From the NCBI RefSeq assembly GCF_006345805.1, contig NW_021832400.1:1-63149 (forward strand): DNA of 63,149 nt, written 5' to 3'. The translations under genes were made by a program, and so were the position numbers. Each line of letters begins with the position of its first letter. The first letter of the stretch is position 1. The stretch comes from Octopus sinensis. Its lineage: Eukaryota. The notes below the pieces were generated by a model that was not told the origin of the DNA, did no database searches, and was given only the letters and a program-made list of their open reading frames with translations. Positions 1 to 13,566 of this stretch are shown piece by piece.

Positions 1-35
1 TCAACCTCAGTACGTGACTGGTATTTTATTTTAAG

Positions 36-449
36 GCGGCGTGCTAGTAGAAACGTTTGCACGCCGGGCGAAATGCTTAGCGGTATTTCGTCTGCCGTTA
101 CGTTCTGAGTTCAAATTCCGCCGAGGTCGACTTTGCCTTTCATCCTTTCGGGGTCGATAAATTAAGTACCAGTTGCGCACTGGGGTCGATGTAATCGACT
201 TAATCCATTTGTCTGTCCTTGTTTGTCCCTTCTGTGTTTGGCCCCTTGTGGGTAGTAAAGAAATAGGTATTTCGTCTGCCGTTACGTTCTGAGTTCAAAT
301 TCCGCCGAGGTCGACTTTGCCTTTCATCCTTTTGGGGTCGATCAAATAAGTACCAGTTACGCACTGGGGTCGATATAATCGACTTTATCCATTTGTCTGT
401 CCTTGTTTGTCCCCTCTGTGTTTGGCCCCTTGTGGGTAGTAAAGAAATA
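36..449 (+). mobile_element. tRNA-derived SINE family B (CORE-like centre), head plus two tandem ~183-bp units
   Basis: Head GCGGCGTGCTAGTAG; B-box-like GAGTTCAAATTCC; centre GACTTTGCCTTTCATCCTTTCGGGGTCGATAAA; unit junction GAAATAG|GTATTTCG at 266/267; 16-bp TSD GGTATTTTATTTTAAG at 20-35 and 450-465. Confidence 0.9.
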
Positions 450-1645
450 GGTATTTTATTTTAAGTCAAGCAAAGTTTGTGAGATTAATAATAAGCACGC
501 TACGACTGTTGCGACTCTTATTGCCACTATTACTGCAACTACTGTTACTGCCGCTATTGTTCTTTCTATTTGCAAATTCTTATAAATAGAAAGCATTCGA
601 ATGTCCATCATTATCGTGCGTATAATCAATGAGATTGCTTTACTGGAAGACTTATTGCTTTGCTTTATGCACTCGTGGCAAGACAAAGCTTTGGAATGGC
701 CTCCAGTAATCATTAAAATTTGCGTGACATGTGCTTCTCAGCTACATGTCGCTTCTAGATACTTCTGCATACACTACCTTCTGTTAAGGAGCTACGAATG
801 TCTTAATCTCTCAAGGAATATCGTTGATGTCCTTCATCGTGCCCTCATATTACGTATTACCGTGCATTGTGGTTCAGTTCTATCGGCAGACGTATGACAA
901 AACAGTTAGACCTGATTATTGTTCCCCCTCAAAGCTTGCAAACCCTATTGTAACTAATAGAGAAGACAGCGTTTGATAACTACCTTCCGTTCCCTTGAGG
1001 ACAAAGAAAAAAGGAACACAGCTGTTATTTTTCTCCTTGTTTGTTCTTAAAAATATCAAGCAAGGATGCATTTTCTTCGGTCATATACCTCTACCACGTA
1101 GATTCAATCTGTCTATTATGTCGCTCATATATCTATACTTTGCACTGCTCTCAACGCTATTCAAAGAATTATTGTCATTCCTGTTTGTATTTCTCAGCAT
1201 AGAAGTTCCGTCCAAACAAATTGGTCTTCTTTTCTTCCTTTGACAAAATGAATTGGGTACATTGTTTTTGACAGTGCTATTCAAATTGTTCTAATTAATG
1301 TTTATAACCAATAGAATAAATATTTCTTTCGTGTGAGTCACAGCAGTTTTCATTTTGTTCTTTTGTTTTTTAATTTTTATTTATTTCAATCTTCGAACAG
1401 CTGCCATGTAGGAGGATTTAGTTAAACAAATTCAACCCCGTATTTACTTTTGAGCCAGGCACTTATTGTAACGGTCTCTTTTGCCGAAATGCTGTTACGG
1501 GGTCGTAAACAAAGTGATAGCCGTTGTCAGACGGCGGTGGTGGCGATGGTGGACAAACGCAAAGACACCCACACATAAACATAAGCACACACACGTATAT
1601 ATAATATATATATATATATACACATATGTATATATATATATATAG

Positions 1646-1676
<31 letters not shown>

Positions 1677-1907
1677 TATATATATAGAATATATATATAC
1701 ATATGATCCGGTTCCTGACTGAAGATAGAGGCTTCGAATGACCCGTCCGTTTTTGTGTCGTCTTTTGTGTATTTTGCGTTCTTCCCATTTTGGATTTTTT
1801 ATATATAATTTTTATACATATATATACTATATACATATAATAATATATATATAAATACATATATATATATATATATATATATAACAATGATAAATCTCAG
1901 AGCGAGT

Positions 1908-1939
<32 letters not shown>

Positions 1940-2639
1940 CATACATATATATACATATATATATATATATACATATATATGCATATATATACACATATAT
2001 ATATACATATATATATATACATATATATATCATATATATTATATATATATATATGTGTGTGGTGTGGTGTGTATGTGTGTGTGTTTATGTATATGTATAT
2101 ATGTATGTATTGTGTATATGTATGTATGGGTATATACGACGAGTTTCTTTCAGTTTCCGTCTACCAAATCCACACACAAGATTTTGGTCAGCCTGAGGTT
2201 ACAGTAGAAGAAACATACCCAAGATGCCGCACGAAGTGGGACCGAACCCAAAATCCCTTGGCTTGGAAACATATTTCTTAACCCCACAGCCCTGTCTGTG
2301 CGGTTTTTGTTTGTTTGTTTGTTTTACATTAGTTCTCTTTCTCATTAATTTCCTGTTCATGTTTGTTTGTAGCAGCCACACGGAAGCTAAGTCCTCTTCT
2401 ACAAACAGACCCAAATAAAATACAACCCCATTCAAAAGTAGCAGACCTCATATCTCTACCTGAGTATAGAACAGGGGTGCATAGTTTTTGCAAGAGGTTC
2501 ACTGATGGTACAGGAAAAACAAGAACCAGGTATTTTTTTTCCGTCGGTTGTTCTTCTTAAAAGAAAAACGCCAGAAAGCCCTAAATTCTTGGAGCGAAGT
2601 GAAAACGCGCCTGCGCACGACAGTAATCGATTACATTAA

Positions 2640-2688
2640 CTGCAACAACAGCAACAACAAAAACAACTACTACTACAAACTACTATAC

Positions 2689-2724
<36 letters not shown>

Positions 2725-3017
2725 CACCACCACCACCACCACCACCACTACTACTACCACCACTACTACTAAGCTACTACTACTACTACAAATGCAACAA
2801 TATCTTCAACGACAAGAGTAATAACAGTAATAATACTGATACTAACAATAACAGCAACAAGAACAATAGCAAAGACGACGATGATAATAATAATAATAAT
2901 AATAATAGTAATAATAATAATAATTATGATGATGATGATGATAATGGTAATAATAATATAATACTAATAATAATAATAATAATAGTAATAATAATAATAA
3001 TAATAATGATAATAATA

Positions 3018-3048
<31 letters not shown>

Positions 3049-3085
3049 TGATAATAATAATAGTAATAATAATAATAATAATAAT
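2640..3085. repeat. Compound trinucleotide microsatellite (CTA/CAC/TAA/GAT)
   Basis: Directly visible. Confidence 0.95.
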
Positions 3086-3540
3086 TTGTCTTGGTATAAA
3101 AGATGGGCTACAGCAAATATTCTGCTCAATACCACAGATTTGCTTGTCAGTTGTTTGACCTTAACCAGTTGAGCATGTCTCTTAGTGGCTGACGATATGT
3201 GCATCTCTGATCACGAGCAGAAGTAGTGGGGGAGTATCATAGCCATGTGTTGAGATGGATTCTTTGGGGTTTGAATAATTCACCTCTGGAAACATGGGTG
3301 GTTCTTTCAACATCCTTAAACAGCGGGATGGGCTACTCAACCTGAAGAAAATTCTAACTGGGCCCCACCTGCAAGGTCATGTGCTGTTTATGTTGATATG
3401 AGATCACCATGTCGCACACATATGGTTGTGATGCATGTGCCTGGTGTACCCTTATCAGACGGGTAGTCATGATGGGTATATTGGGCTTCGTATATTTTAC
3501 CCCAGTGTCACTTTGATGGCATGCACTGCTCTCTCACTCA
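3086..3540 (+). mobile_element. Family E element flanked on both sides by (TAA)n; probable 3' portion of a non-LTR retroelement
   Basis: Homologous to 27286-27646 and 54302-54800; constant end ...GCACTGCTCTCTCACTC(AAT)n, variable opposite end. Confidence 0.75.
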
Positions 3541-3593
3541 ATAATAATAATAATAGCAATAATAATAATAATTATGATGATGATGATGATGAT

Positions 3594-3630
<37 letters not shown>

Positions 3631-3865
3631 TTAATAATAATACGATATAACAATAATAATAATAATATTAATAATAATAATATTAATAATAATAACGATA
3701 ATAACAATAATAATAATAATAATATTATAATAATATAATATTAATAATAATAACGATAGTAACAATAATAATAATATAATATTAATAAAATAATAATATT
3801 AATAATAATAATAATGATAATAATAATAATGATGATAATAATGATAATAATGGTTATAATAATAG
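3541..3865. repeat. (TAA)n microsatellite
   Basis: Directly visible. Confidence 0.95.
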
Positions 3866-4379
3866 AATTTCATGTACTATTAGACATATTTATTTCATTA
3901 TAAAGAAAAGACAATAAGATTTTGTTATTGATTTTTACAAGGTTTTGTTAATGTTTTTTTTTATTCTTTTATCTTAAAACCACAACCCTCTCCTCCTCCT
4001 CTTCCTCTCTCTCTCTCTCTCTCTCTCTTTTCTCTCTCTCTCTTTCTCTCTTGATTTCCTTCCCACCTTCTTTCTCGTCCTCTCTTTTCTCTTTTCCATT
4101 ATTTATATTTTAATGAAATATTGATGAAATCTCTCAGATGAATCACTGAGGCAAAATATTTGATAAAATAAACAATTTTGCTTGTAGCAAATTGTTTAAT
4201 CCTTGTCTTTTGTTTTTCTTTGTTGTTTTAGCTTTTTTGTTTGTTGTTTTTTTGTATGCTGTTGATTTTTCTTTGTTGTTCTTGTTACACTATTTTCGGG
4301 GTTGTTTTGTTTTCTTATTTATTTTCTTGTTTCTTTCTCCGTTCTCTGTTCAATTGATTTCCTGTTAAAAGACACACAC

Positions 4380-4905
<526 letters not shown>

Positions 4906-5526
4906 TATGTGTATACGTATGTCTTCATTGAAATGTGGGGTATATCTTTTTAACAAATACACATATGAATTCATTAATATATATATACTTCATATGTTAT
5001 ACACACACACATAAATGTATGTATGTATATGTATGGATATATATATATATATATATATACATTGGTGTATAAGTACGTTTGTATGTACATCTGTTGGTAA
5101 TGTAAACAAAACACACCAAGCGAATCAACGTGGAAATAAAATACGTTAAAATTTTTTTTTTGAAATGGCGCAGCGTCCATAGAATGGAACAACGAATAAA
5201 ATATAACAAAATGGACAATACTTAAATTTATAAACCATTTATAAACGCTATAAAATAACAAATAATAATGGTGGCAATACAAGCGCTTGGTCAAAAGTTT
5301 TGGCGGGAAACAGTCGAAAGAGTCGATGTTATTAATCCCAGTTTTTGAGATGTATTTTATGTTACTGACAGTGGAAGAGTGAAAGGCCACGTTGACCTAG
5401 GTGGGAATTGAACTTAAAATATAAAAAGCGACAACAGTTATTGGAAAGCTTTTTTTCTCCTTATCCTTTAATAATGCTGCAAAACCACCTCATTGTACTA
5501 ATTATGTTAGTAGCGGTCACACTTAA

Positions 5527-5849
5527 GGCGACGAGCCGGCTGAGTCGTTAACACGTCGGGAGAAAAGCTTAACAGTCTGTCGTTATGTTCTGAGTTCAAA
5601 TTCCGCCGAGGTTGACTTTGCCTTTCATCCTTTCGGGGTCGATAAATTAAGTACCAGTTACGCACTGGGGCCGATATAATCGACTTAATCCGTTTGTCTG
5701 TCCTTGTTTGTCCTCTCTGTGTTTAGCCCATTGTGGGTAGTAAAGAAATAGGCATTTCGTCCGTCTTTACGCTCAGAGTTCAAATCAACCGAGGTCGACT
5801 TTGCCCTTCATCGTTTCGAGGTCTGTAAAATAAGTACCATTTGAGCACT
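5527..5849 (+). mobile_element. SINE family B, head plus one unit plus a partial second unit
   Basis: Same head, centre and tail; junction GAAATAG|GCATTTCG near 5752. Confidence 0.85.
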
Positions 5850-5873
5850 TATGGCTGCTTTAAACGATTTAGC

Positions 5874-6300
5874 GGATCTTTTCGGTTTGAACGGCAGATT
5901 TTAACATAATTTTTAGGTAACTAAAAAATTTTAAACTTCGTATACTGGTAAAATGTGTTTATAAAACATCTTTTTCTCTTGGCTTTATTGAGAAAATTCT
6001 ATAGTTTGTAAGATATTTGTAAGATATTTTCTTCAATTTCTGCAATTTCAACCAATTGATGACGTCCATTGAGTTAAAAAACATTCTGTGCCGTATGAAT
6101 ACATCCCTCGTTTAAGAAACAGATTGGGTTTATTTACATTTGTGACGAAAAAAAATACCCTTCCCCCCTAGCCCTAACCCTAAATAACCCTAACCCTAAA
6201 ACAGATTGAAATGCAATAGATCGATATTAGGGTCATAATTATGGGTGACAATTTCATATGACACCGCTAGAAAAAACTGCCGTTGAAACCGAAAAGATCC
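5874..6300. mobile_element. MITE with 24-bp TIRs and ~8-bp TSD (Merlin-like by its GG termini)
   Basis: GGATCTTTTCGGTTTGAACGGCAG / CTGCCGTTGAAACCGAAAAGATCC (23/24); flanks GATTTAGC / AATTTAGC; internal CCCTAA repeats near 6172-6198. Confidence 0.8.
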
Positions 6301-6323
6301 AATTTAGCTTCTTCCCCGAAACC

Positions 6324-6773
6324 GCTTAGTATTTCGCCCGGCGTGCTAACGATTCTTTTATTTCTTTATTGCCCACAAGAAGCTAAACAGAGAGGGGACA
6401 AACAAGGACAGACAAACGGATTAAGTCGATTACATCGACCCCAGTGCGTAACTGGTACTTAATTTATCGACCCCGAAGGGATGAAAGGCAAAGTCAACCT
6501 CGGCGGAATTTGAACTCAGAACATAGCAGAAGACGAAATACCTATTTCTTTACTACCCACAAGGGGCTACACACTGAGAGGACAAACTAGGACAGACAAA
6601 TGGATTAAGTCGATTACATCGACCCCAGTGCGTAACTGGCACTTATTTAATCAACCCCGAAAGGATGAAAGGCAAAGTTGACCTCGGCGGAATTTGAACT
6701 CAGAACGTAGCGGCAGACGAAATACCGCTAAGCATTATTCTCGGTTTGCTAACGTTTCTGCCAGCTCGTTGCC
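6324..6773 (-). mobile_element. SINE family B multimer
   Basis: Two units in reverse orientation; head ends CCAGCTCGTTGCC. Confidence 0.85.
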
Positions 6774-7496
6774 TCCCTACCTGCCACGTGTTACAACTAC
6801 GTCTTCTTCGGATCACATTCCACCGTTTTTGGAATGAACACGGCGGACTATGTTGTCCTGGATTACCTGTACATTAGAGAAACATATAGATGAGCACATT
6901 TAGATCGCCATAGGCCATTGGTCTGTTCGATCAAAGTTAACCCGGGGTCAAACTTCAAAAACGACAGCAATAAATTGTGTTTCTAGAACGATGATGCCAG
7001 AATGATGTCGCAGAATTTTCTTTTAAATTTGTCTCCATTATCAAATATTTCTAAAGTGCTTCGTCGTATGATTTTTCAGTGCTATCTCTCAATGGAAGTT
7101 TCGTATCAATTCCACTAATGCTTTCGTCTGCCTGTCATTATTTATCGGACCGACCAGACGATAGATATTTAAATGGGTGAAAAACGTATTTAATGTTGGG
7201 GAACATGAAAAGGTTAAAAGTAAAAAGGAAATAAAGCAGTGACTTGAAGAAATATTGATAAATCGAATTACGCAAATATAAAGAAAATGTATACAAAACA
7301 ACGAAGTAACCCTTAGGTGGTCGCTCGACTTACTAGAAATGTGCACCAAATGTCCTTTAAACGTCTTGAAAAGGAAGTAGTTTTGGCAGATTTGGACAAA
7401 TATTGGTTTCAAATTTGGGGGTTAAATCACGAGACCGTAAACAAACCAGCACCGGTTGGCATGCGGTGTGGGAGACAAACACTACACATGTATATA

Positions 7497-7709
7497 CGAT
7501 GGAGTGTTGAAAAGTTTCTACTTTTGGGTAAAAGAAAGTACAGGAGGATAAGTTAATTATGATTTTATTCAAGATATTCCCTTCTCAGATTCACACAATG
7601 CAGAGGCCCTTCAGATTTTTTTAACCGTGTAAAAGAACTCGGTAATTTGTGCTTCCAGCCATGCCTTTCGCGATACGCTTAAAGCCAGGAACATTTTAGC
7701 ACCCCTTCA
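7497..7709. mobile_element. Mariner-derived MITE or deletion derivative
   Basis: Imperfect mariner-type TIRs CGATGGAGTGTTGAAAAGTTTC / GCCAGGAACATTTTAGCACCCCTTCA flanked by TA; minus strand resembles a transposase C-terminus. Confidence 0.55.
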
Positions 7710-7791
7710 TACTTACGTACATACATGCATGCATGCATACATACATACATACATACAATCATACATACATACGTACATATATACATATATA

Positions 7792-8118
7792 CAACGGGCT
7801 TCTTTCAGTTTCCGTCTACCAAATCCACTCACAAGGCTTTGGTCGGCCTGAGGCTATAGTAGAAGACACTTTCCCAAGGTGCCACGCAGTGGGACTGAAC
7901 CCGGAAGCATGAGGTTGGTAAGCAAGCTACTTACCACACAGCCACTCCAACGCCTATATACTCTCTCTTTACTCTTGTACTTGTTTCAGTCATTTGACTG
8001 CGGCCATGCTGGAGCACCGCCTTTAGTCGAGCAAATCGACCCAGGATTTATTCTTTGTAAGCCTAGTACTAGCTTATTCTATCGGTCTCTTTTGCCGAAC
8101 CGCTAAGTTACGGGGACA
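7792..8118 (-). mobile_element. SINE family A, two partial copies (5' half, then 3' half)
   Basis: CAGTTTCCGTCTACCAAATCCACTCACAAGG and CAGTCATTTGACTGCGGCCATGCTGGAGC diagnostic blocks. Confidence 0.85.
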
Positions 8119-8792
8119 ATTATCATTTTCATTCATCGTTATATGTTTTATATCCCCACTTGTACTGTCTTGTCTGTCCTTGTATCGTCCCCTCTCTCTT
8201 TCGGCCCCTTGTATCTAATAAAGAAATAGAGAGCGTTTTGGAAGTCTCGCGAAGTTCGTCATGTGAACACATTGACTAAACCTCCGCTACATAATTTTAT
8301 TTACACCAACCCATGGCAGAATATAAGACTAACCGACAATATAACTAAAGCATACAAGAAAACAAACCCCACCACTTATAATTCAATTAATATAGAAGCA
8401 AAAATTTAGCCACAAAGTTTGAAATAGAAGACAAAGTAGAAAAGCTTATCCCACCACGAAACCCTTTTATAAATCTGAAAGACCAGAAAAGTAACTTCAC
8501 GCGAAACCCTAGCTGTAGATTGATAAATCCCCAAAAAAGCGAAATAGGAATTATTAGTAAATCCATATTAGATAATGTTATACGATATATCAGAGCACAC
8601 TCAAATATTACTCAATGGATATGCAGTTGTACAAGTATTGAATGGTTCAGAAAATAGAAGATAAACCCAAATGCAAATTTATACAATTCGATATCGTAGA
8701 GTTCTGTCCCTCGATCTCCAAAAGTTTGCTTCAGAAGGTACTTGAATTTAGTAAAACATATGTCACTATAACAAATATTGATATAGATATAA

Positions 8793-9410
8793 CTAGCAGT
8801 ATCGCCCAGCGTTGCTCGGGTTTGTAAGGGAAATAACTATATAAGCATTTTTAGAGAGTTATAGCCAAAATATAGCAAAAAAATGCATTAAAAATGGAAA
8901 AGAAATAATGGTAAATTTTTTTTTAAATCGTTGACTCATCGTAGACATTTTTAGAGAGTTACTTCCCATATAAAATAGCGAAAAAATGCATTAAAATGGA
9001 AAAAATGATGGTAAATTTTTTTTTTAATCGTAGACTCATCGTAGACGCGCGCTAATACCCAGAAGGGCTCGATATGAATCACGACTATAAGATACCCGGT
9101 TTTGGTTAACCCTTTAGTGTTTAAACTGGCCAAATCCGGCCCAATATATTCTACATATTTTATATTCAAACTGGCCATATTTAGCCTCTCACACCTAACC
9201 TACATTGACATTCTAAAAATAAACAATCACATCATTGAAACCTCAAAGCTATAAGATAATGCTTGATTAATTCAAAACAATTTGATGAAGTATTATATTT
9301 AACAGAGTAATCTGAACACTAAAGGGTTAAACTGCACCGCAAAATGTGGGAGTAGTTAGGAATCTAAATCGTAGGAGACAGACACACAACCTTACTTTTA
9401 TATATAAAAA
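8793..9410 (-). mobile_element. Non-autonomous Helitron family H1
   Basis: 3' end with hairpin CCCGAGCAACGCTGGG and CTAG; inserted between A8792 and T9411 without TSD; homologous to 13176-13566 and 14139-14535. Confidence 0.85.
9110..9326. mobile_element. piggyBac-like MITE with TTAA TSD
   Basis: TTAA|CCCTTTAGTGTT ... AACACTAAAGGG|TTAA; the single empty TTAA site is seen in the H1 copies at ~13259 and ~14222. Confidence 0.9.
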
Positions 9411-10938
9411 TTATGAATTCAAGAACGCCTTTACTCTTTCATGATAATTCCTATTAGGTAAAAAAGAATGGAGACAAGTTATTTGACGTGGCAATGAGAA
9501 GTTATGATGGTGTAGAAATAACTGACCTTGTAGACCTTTATATCCTAGGTAACCTTAAAAAAGAAACAAAGAAGCTAACATAGATGTCTATAGGGACGAT
9601 GGCCTCGGAGTAGTATATAATAAAAACGAACACGATAGGAATAGAATAAGGAAAACATTTAGGCAAAATATTTAGCCAATTAGGCTTAAGAACCACAATT
9701 AATACAAACCGTAAAGAAGTCAACTTCCTTGACACTAACATGAATCTTAACAAAGAAAAATTTCCGAACTACTATGAACCAAATGAGGAAGCCCCGTACA
9801 TAGACATAGGTCCTAACCACCAACCAGCAGTAATTAAACATATGGTTAACAAGATTAACAGGGATGTCTTCAATTTATCCACTGATAAAGCCACTTTTGA
9901 AAAAGCCATCCCATATTAAAGCCATCCCATATTGAAGGTCCAACTTCAAGAATAGCATATACTGCATTGAACCAAATATGAATAAGACCGAGAAAATGCA
10001 GACAGAGAAAAATCTCATGGTTTAACCCACCTTATTGCATGAATGTAGCTACTAACATAGCTAGGAAATTCTTAAAACTAACAGACAATCACTTTCCACA
10101 TTCACAGAAATACCGGAAGACCTTCAACAGAAATACTGTTAAAGTTTGCTATAGTTGTCTCCCCATTATAGGGTCAATAATTCTCAATCACAATAAATAT
10201 AAACACACCAGACACACACCCGAAAGACAATGCAACTGTAGATCCCCAAATCACTACCCTCTAAACAACAACTGTGTCGGCAAAGTACTTGTATACAAGG
10301 CCAAGATCAACAGAATAACGAAGATGTATATTGGAATGACGGGCAACTCGTTCAAAGGAAGTTATACACAACATCTGCCGTCATAGAAACAAACATTAAA
10401 AAGACATGCAATATTTCTGTTAGATATGATATGGAGATTGAAAGGTGAAATAAGCAAATCCCAGATAGAATGAAAAATCATTGCTAAAGCCAAAAAATAC
10501 AGAGGACGGAGTATCAAATGTGAACTCTGTATTACTGAAAAATTAAACAGTATACAATCAACAGGTGGCATATTAAACATTAGGGATGAAACCTTCTTTC
10601 CCTTCATATACAAGTAATATTTTACACTAAAATATTTCAAAGAAGAGCTACTATCTGCGACGCTACTCCACCAGGATAGCTCCATTCCAAAACGTGAACA
10701 CACATAGCACTCAAACTCCACACTAAGAAGAAATAGGCCCCAATTACGAACTACCTCAGCACACAAGTATAAGAACACCAAGACCAGGCCCAAAAGACAA
10801 ATCCAAGGGAGACAAATATCCAAAACGTGTAACTTCCCTTGATTCATTGTTTTATTCACGTGAATTTAGTAGAAACCCCGCGAACAAGACGAGACGGTGT
10901 TTTCCAAAATGGAGACTAACACCTTTCTCCATTTGATC

Positions 10939-11006
10939 AGCTTGAAGAATTGTTAAGTCCATTAAGATATTTTCCTACTTTTCTTTACATGAAACTAATG
11001 GTAGCT
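10939..11006 (+). ncRNA. Degenerate type-I hammerhead ribozyme downstream of the Penelope ORF (pLTR)
   Basis: agc TTGAAGA ...cat GAAA ctaatgg TA gct; stem I agc/gct; stem II poorly paired. Confidence 0.4.
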
Positions 11007-11120
11007 TTGATTAAGAAAATAAAGAAATCATATCCACCAATGCGATGTTGGGCACTTATTTTCATCGTTTGACATTTACGTGTGTACATACATATATACA
11101 CACACACATATATATACATA

Positions 11121-11130
11121 TTATTATTAT

Positions 11131-11166
<36 letters not shown>

Positions 11167-11254
11167 AAGCAGTAGTAGCAGCAGTAGTAGAAGCAGTAGT
11201 AGTAGTAGAAGCAGTAGTAGCAGTAGTAGTAGTAGTAGTAGTAGTAGTAGAAGA

Positions 11255-11286
<32 letters not shown>

Positions 11287-11319
11287 TAGTGTAGCGGTAG
11301 TAGCAGCAGTAGTAGTAGA

Positions 11320-11378
<59 letters not shown>

Positions 11379-11379
11379 A

Positions 11380-11413
<34 letters not shown>

Positions 11414-11414
11414 T
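11121..11414. repeat. (TAG)n/(CAG)n microsatellite
   Basis: Directly visible. Confidence 0.95.
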
Positions 11415-11604
11415 TTTGGTTGAATCGGTCTCTTACGTGTGGTTGTACTAGATCTTCAAGAGTATTAGTAAGAGACCGTCTCAACCAAAGTAAAATACAT
11501 TAATCTCTACCATGGCATTTAGTACTCTGCGACTAAACGCTTAAAGGCAGCGCCTCAGCATGGCCGCAATCCAATGATTGAAACAAGTAAGAGATAAAAG
11601 ACAG

Positions 11605-11652
<48 letters not shown>

Positions 11653-11895
11653 TATAATGTGCAGGGTTTGATTTACACCACCACCGGAAACTGCAGGCAT
11701 CATCTGCTTCGGTCCATTCTCTATTCACCTGCGTAGGAAACATGAGAGAGGACAGCTTCTCAAGAAATGCAACGTTCAAAAGCTCTGATAATGTTTAATG
11801 GCGGTGGTTGTGTTGGTGGTGGTGGTGATGGGAGTGATGGAGGTTATTAGAGATAACTAAATAATATATTCTTTTCAAACGAACAAATGACAGCC

Positions 11896-11941
<46 letters not shown>

Positions 11942-11988
11942 TATATATATATACATATATACATATATATATATGTATGTATATATTA

Positions 11989-12031
<43 letters not shown>

Positions 12032-12076
12032 CATATATATATTGCTATATATGCATATAGACATTTATGATATATA

Positions 12077-12112
<36 letters not shown>

Positions 12113-12301
12113 TAATGTATATATATATATATATATAATATATAACACACACATTTATATTCATGAGCTTTATACGCACACATATATTATATTCATTATA
12201 TATATATATATACAAATATACATACATACATATATACATACATATACATATATATATACATATATACACGCACACAAACATATATATGTGTGTGTATATA
12301 C

Positions 12302-12344
<43 letters not shown>

Positions 12345-12347
12345 TAT

Positions 12348-12383
<36 letters not shown>

Positions 12384-13175
12384 CATATATACACACGCAC
12401 ACATATAATCGCAACTTTATTAACATAAGTGTTATAGTGTCAGGCTAAATGTCATCCATTATTCAGCCTTGGTCCTTTCTAATCAGAATCCCGCGCTCAT
12501 ATCAAATTCCTTGTGAGGTCGACTTTACCTTTAATAATAGACCGGAAGTCGATAATACAAATACTTGGTGAGTACTGGGATCGATATCCTCAACTGCACC
12601 GCACTCTTTTGAAATTTGGCTTCATGTGTTTACCATGGAATAAATCAATACGTGTATCGATAACGGCTTGTTGCTACTATTCGTGTTCAAGTTGTTGTTT
12701 GGCTCGTAACATATAACAACACTGATTGATTAGCCTTATGATTTTGGCTGGTATTTTTAGCTGACCCACCGACCACGTATAGAACTACTCACTTTTATAT
12801 ATATATTCTTTCACCTTTTCTTTCAGCTATTAGACTGCGACCAGGCTGGGGTACCGTTTTGAATATTTTGTCGAATGAATCGTCCCCGGTACTTATTCTA
12901 TCGGTCTCTTTTGTTAAGTTACGAGGACGCAAACGCTCCAACATCGGTTGTCAAGCAATGGTTGGGGGACAAACAGACAGAAAGACACACAGACATATAT
13001 ATATATATCAGAATTTTTACGTATATTCTTATATACACACGATGACATAGAACCAACGTTGAACCCTTTATTCGCAATATTACCGAATCTGGAACTTAAC
13101 TATGGTCTGTCTATAGCACTTATTCAGCATTATCTGACACCTTTGGGTCTCAATGACACCATTATCTCTTATATA

Positions 13176-13566
13176 TCTTTATATATAAAAGTGAGGTTGT
13201 GTGCTGTCTGTCTCCTACGATTTAGATTCCTAACTACTCCCACATTTTGCGGTGCAGTTTAACCAAAACCGGGTATCTTATAGTCGTGATTCATATCGAG
13301 CCCTTCTGGGTATTAGCGCGCGTCTACGATAAGTCTACGATTTTAAAAATAATTTACCATCATTTTTTCCATTTTAATGCATTTTTTCGCTAAGGGAAGT
13401 AACTCTCTAAAAATGTCTACAATGAGTCAACGATTTTTTAAAAAATTTACCATAATTTTTTTCCATTTTTAATGCACTTTTTTGCTATTTTTTGGCTATA
13501 ACTCTCTAAAAATGCTTTATAGTTATTTCCCTTACAAACCCGAGCAACGCCGGGCGATACTGCTAG
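13176..13566 (+). mobile_element. Non-autonomous Helitron family H1
   Basis: A|TCTTTATATATAAAAG start; hairpin CCCGAGCAACGCCGGG then CTAG|T end. Confidence 0.9.

Larger units (their letters stand above)
8320..10617 (+). pseudogene. Decayed Penelope-like retroelement ORF (RT + GIY-YIG endonuclease), 5'-truncated and interrupted by a Helitron at 8793-9410
   Basis: Translated fragments PFINLKDQKSNFTRNPSCRLINP, FIQFDIVEFCPSI, LFDVAMRSYDGVEITDLV, VYRDDGL, VNFLD, WFNPPYCMNVATNIARKFL, VYKAKINRITKMYIGMTGNSFK, CELCITEK; many stops and frameshifts. Confidence 0.9.

Noticed and set aside
601-897. 98-aa ORF in unique-looking sequence
   Set aside because: No recognisable domain, splice context or homologue
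1716-1745. CTGAAGA...GAA motif in a pLTR-like tail
   Set aside because: GAAA and helix III not preserved; too degenerate to call
6170-6200. Interstitial telomere
   Set aside because: Only a few CCCTAA units inside a TIR element
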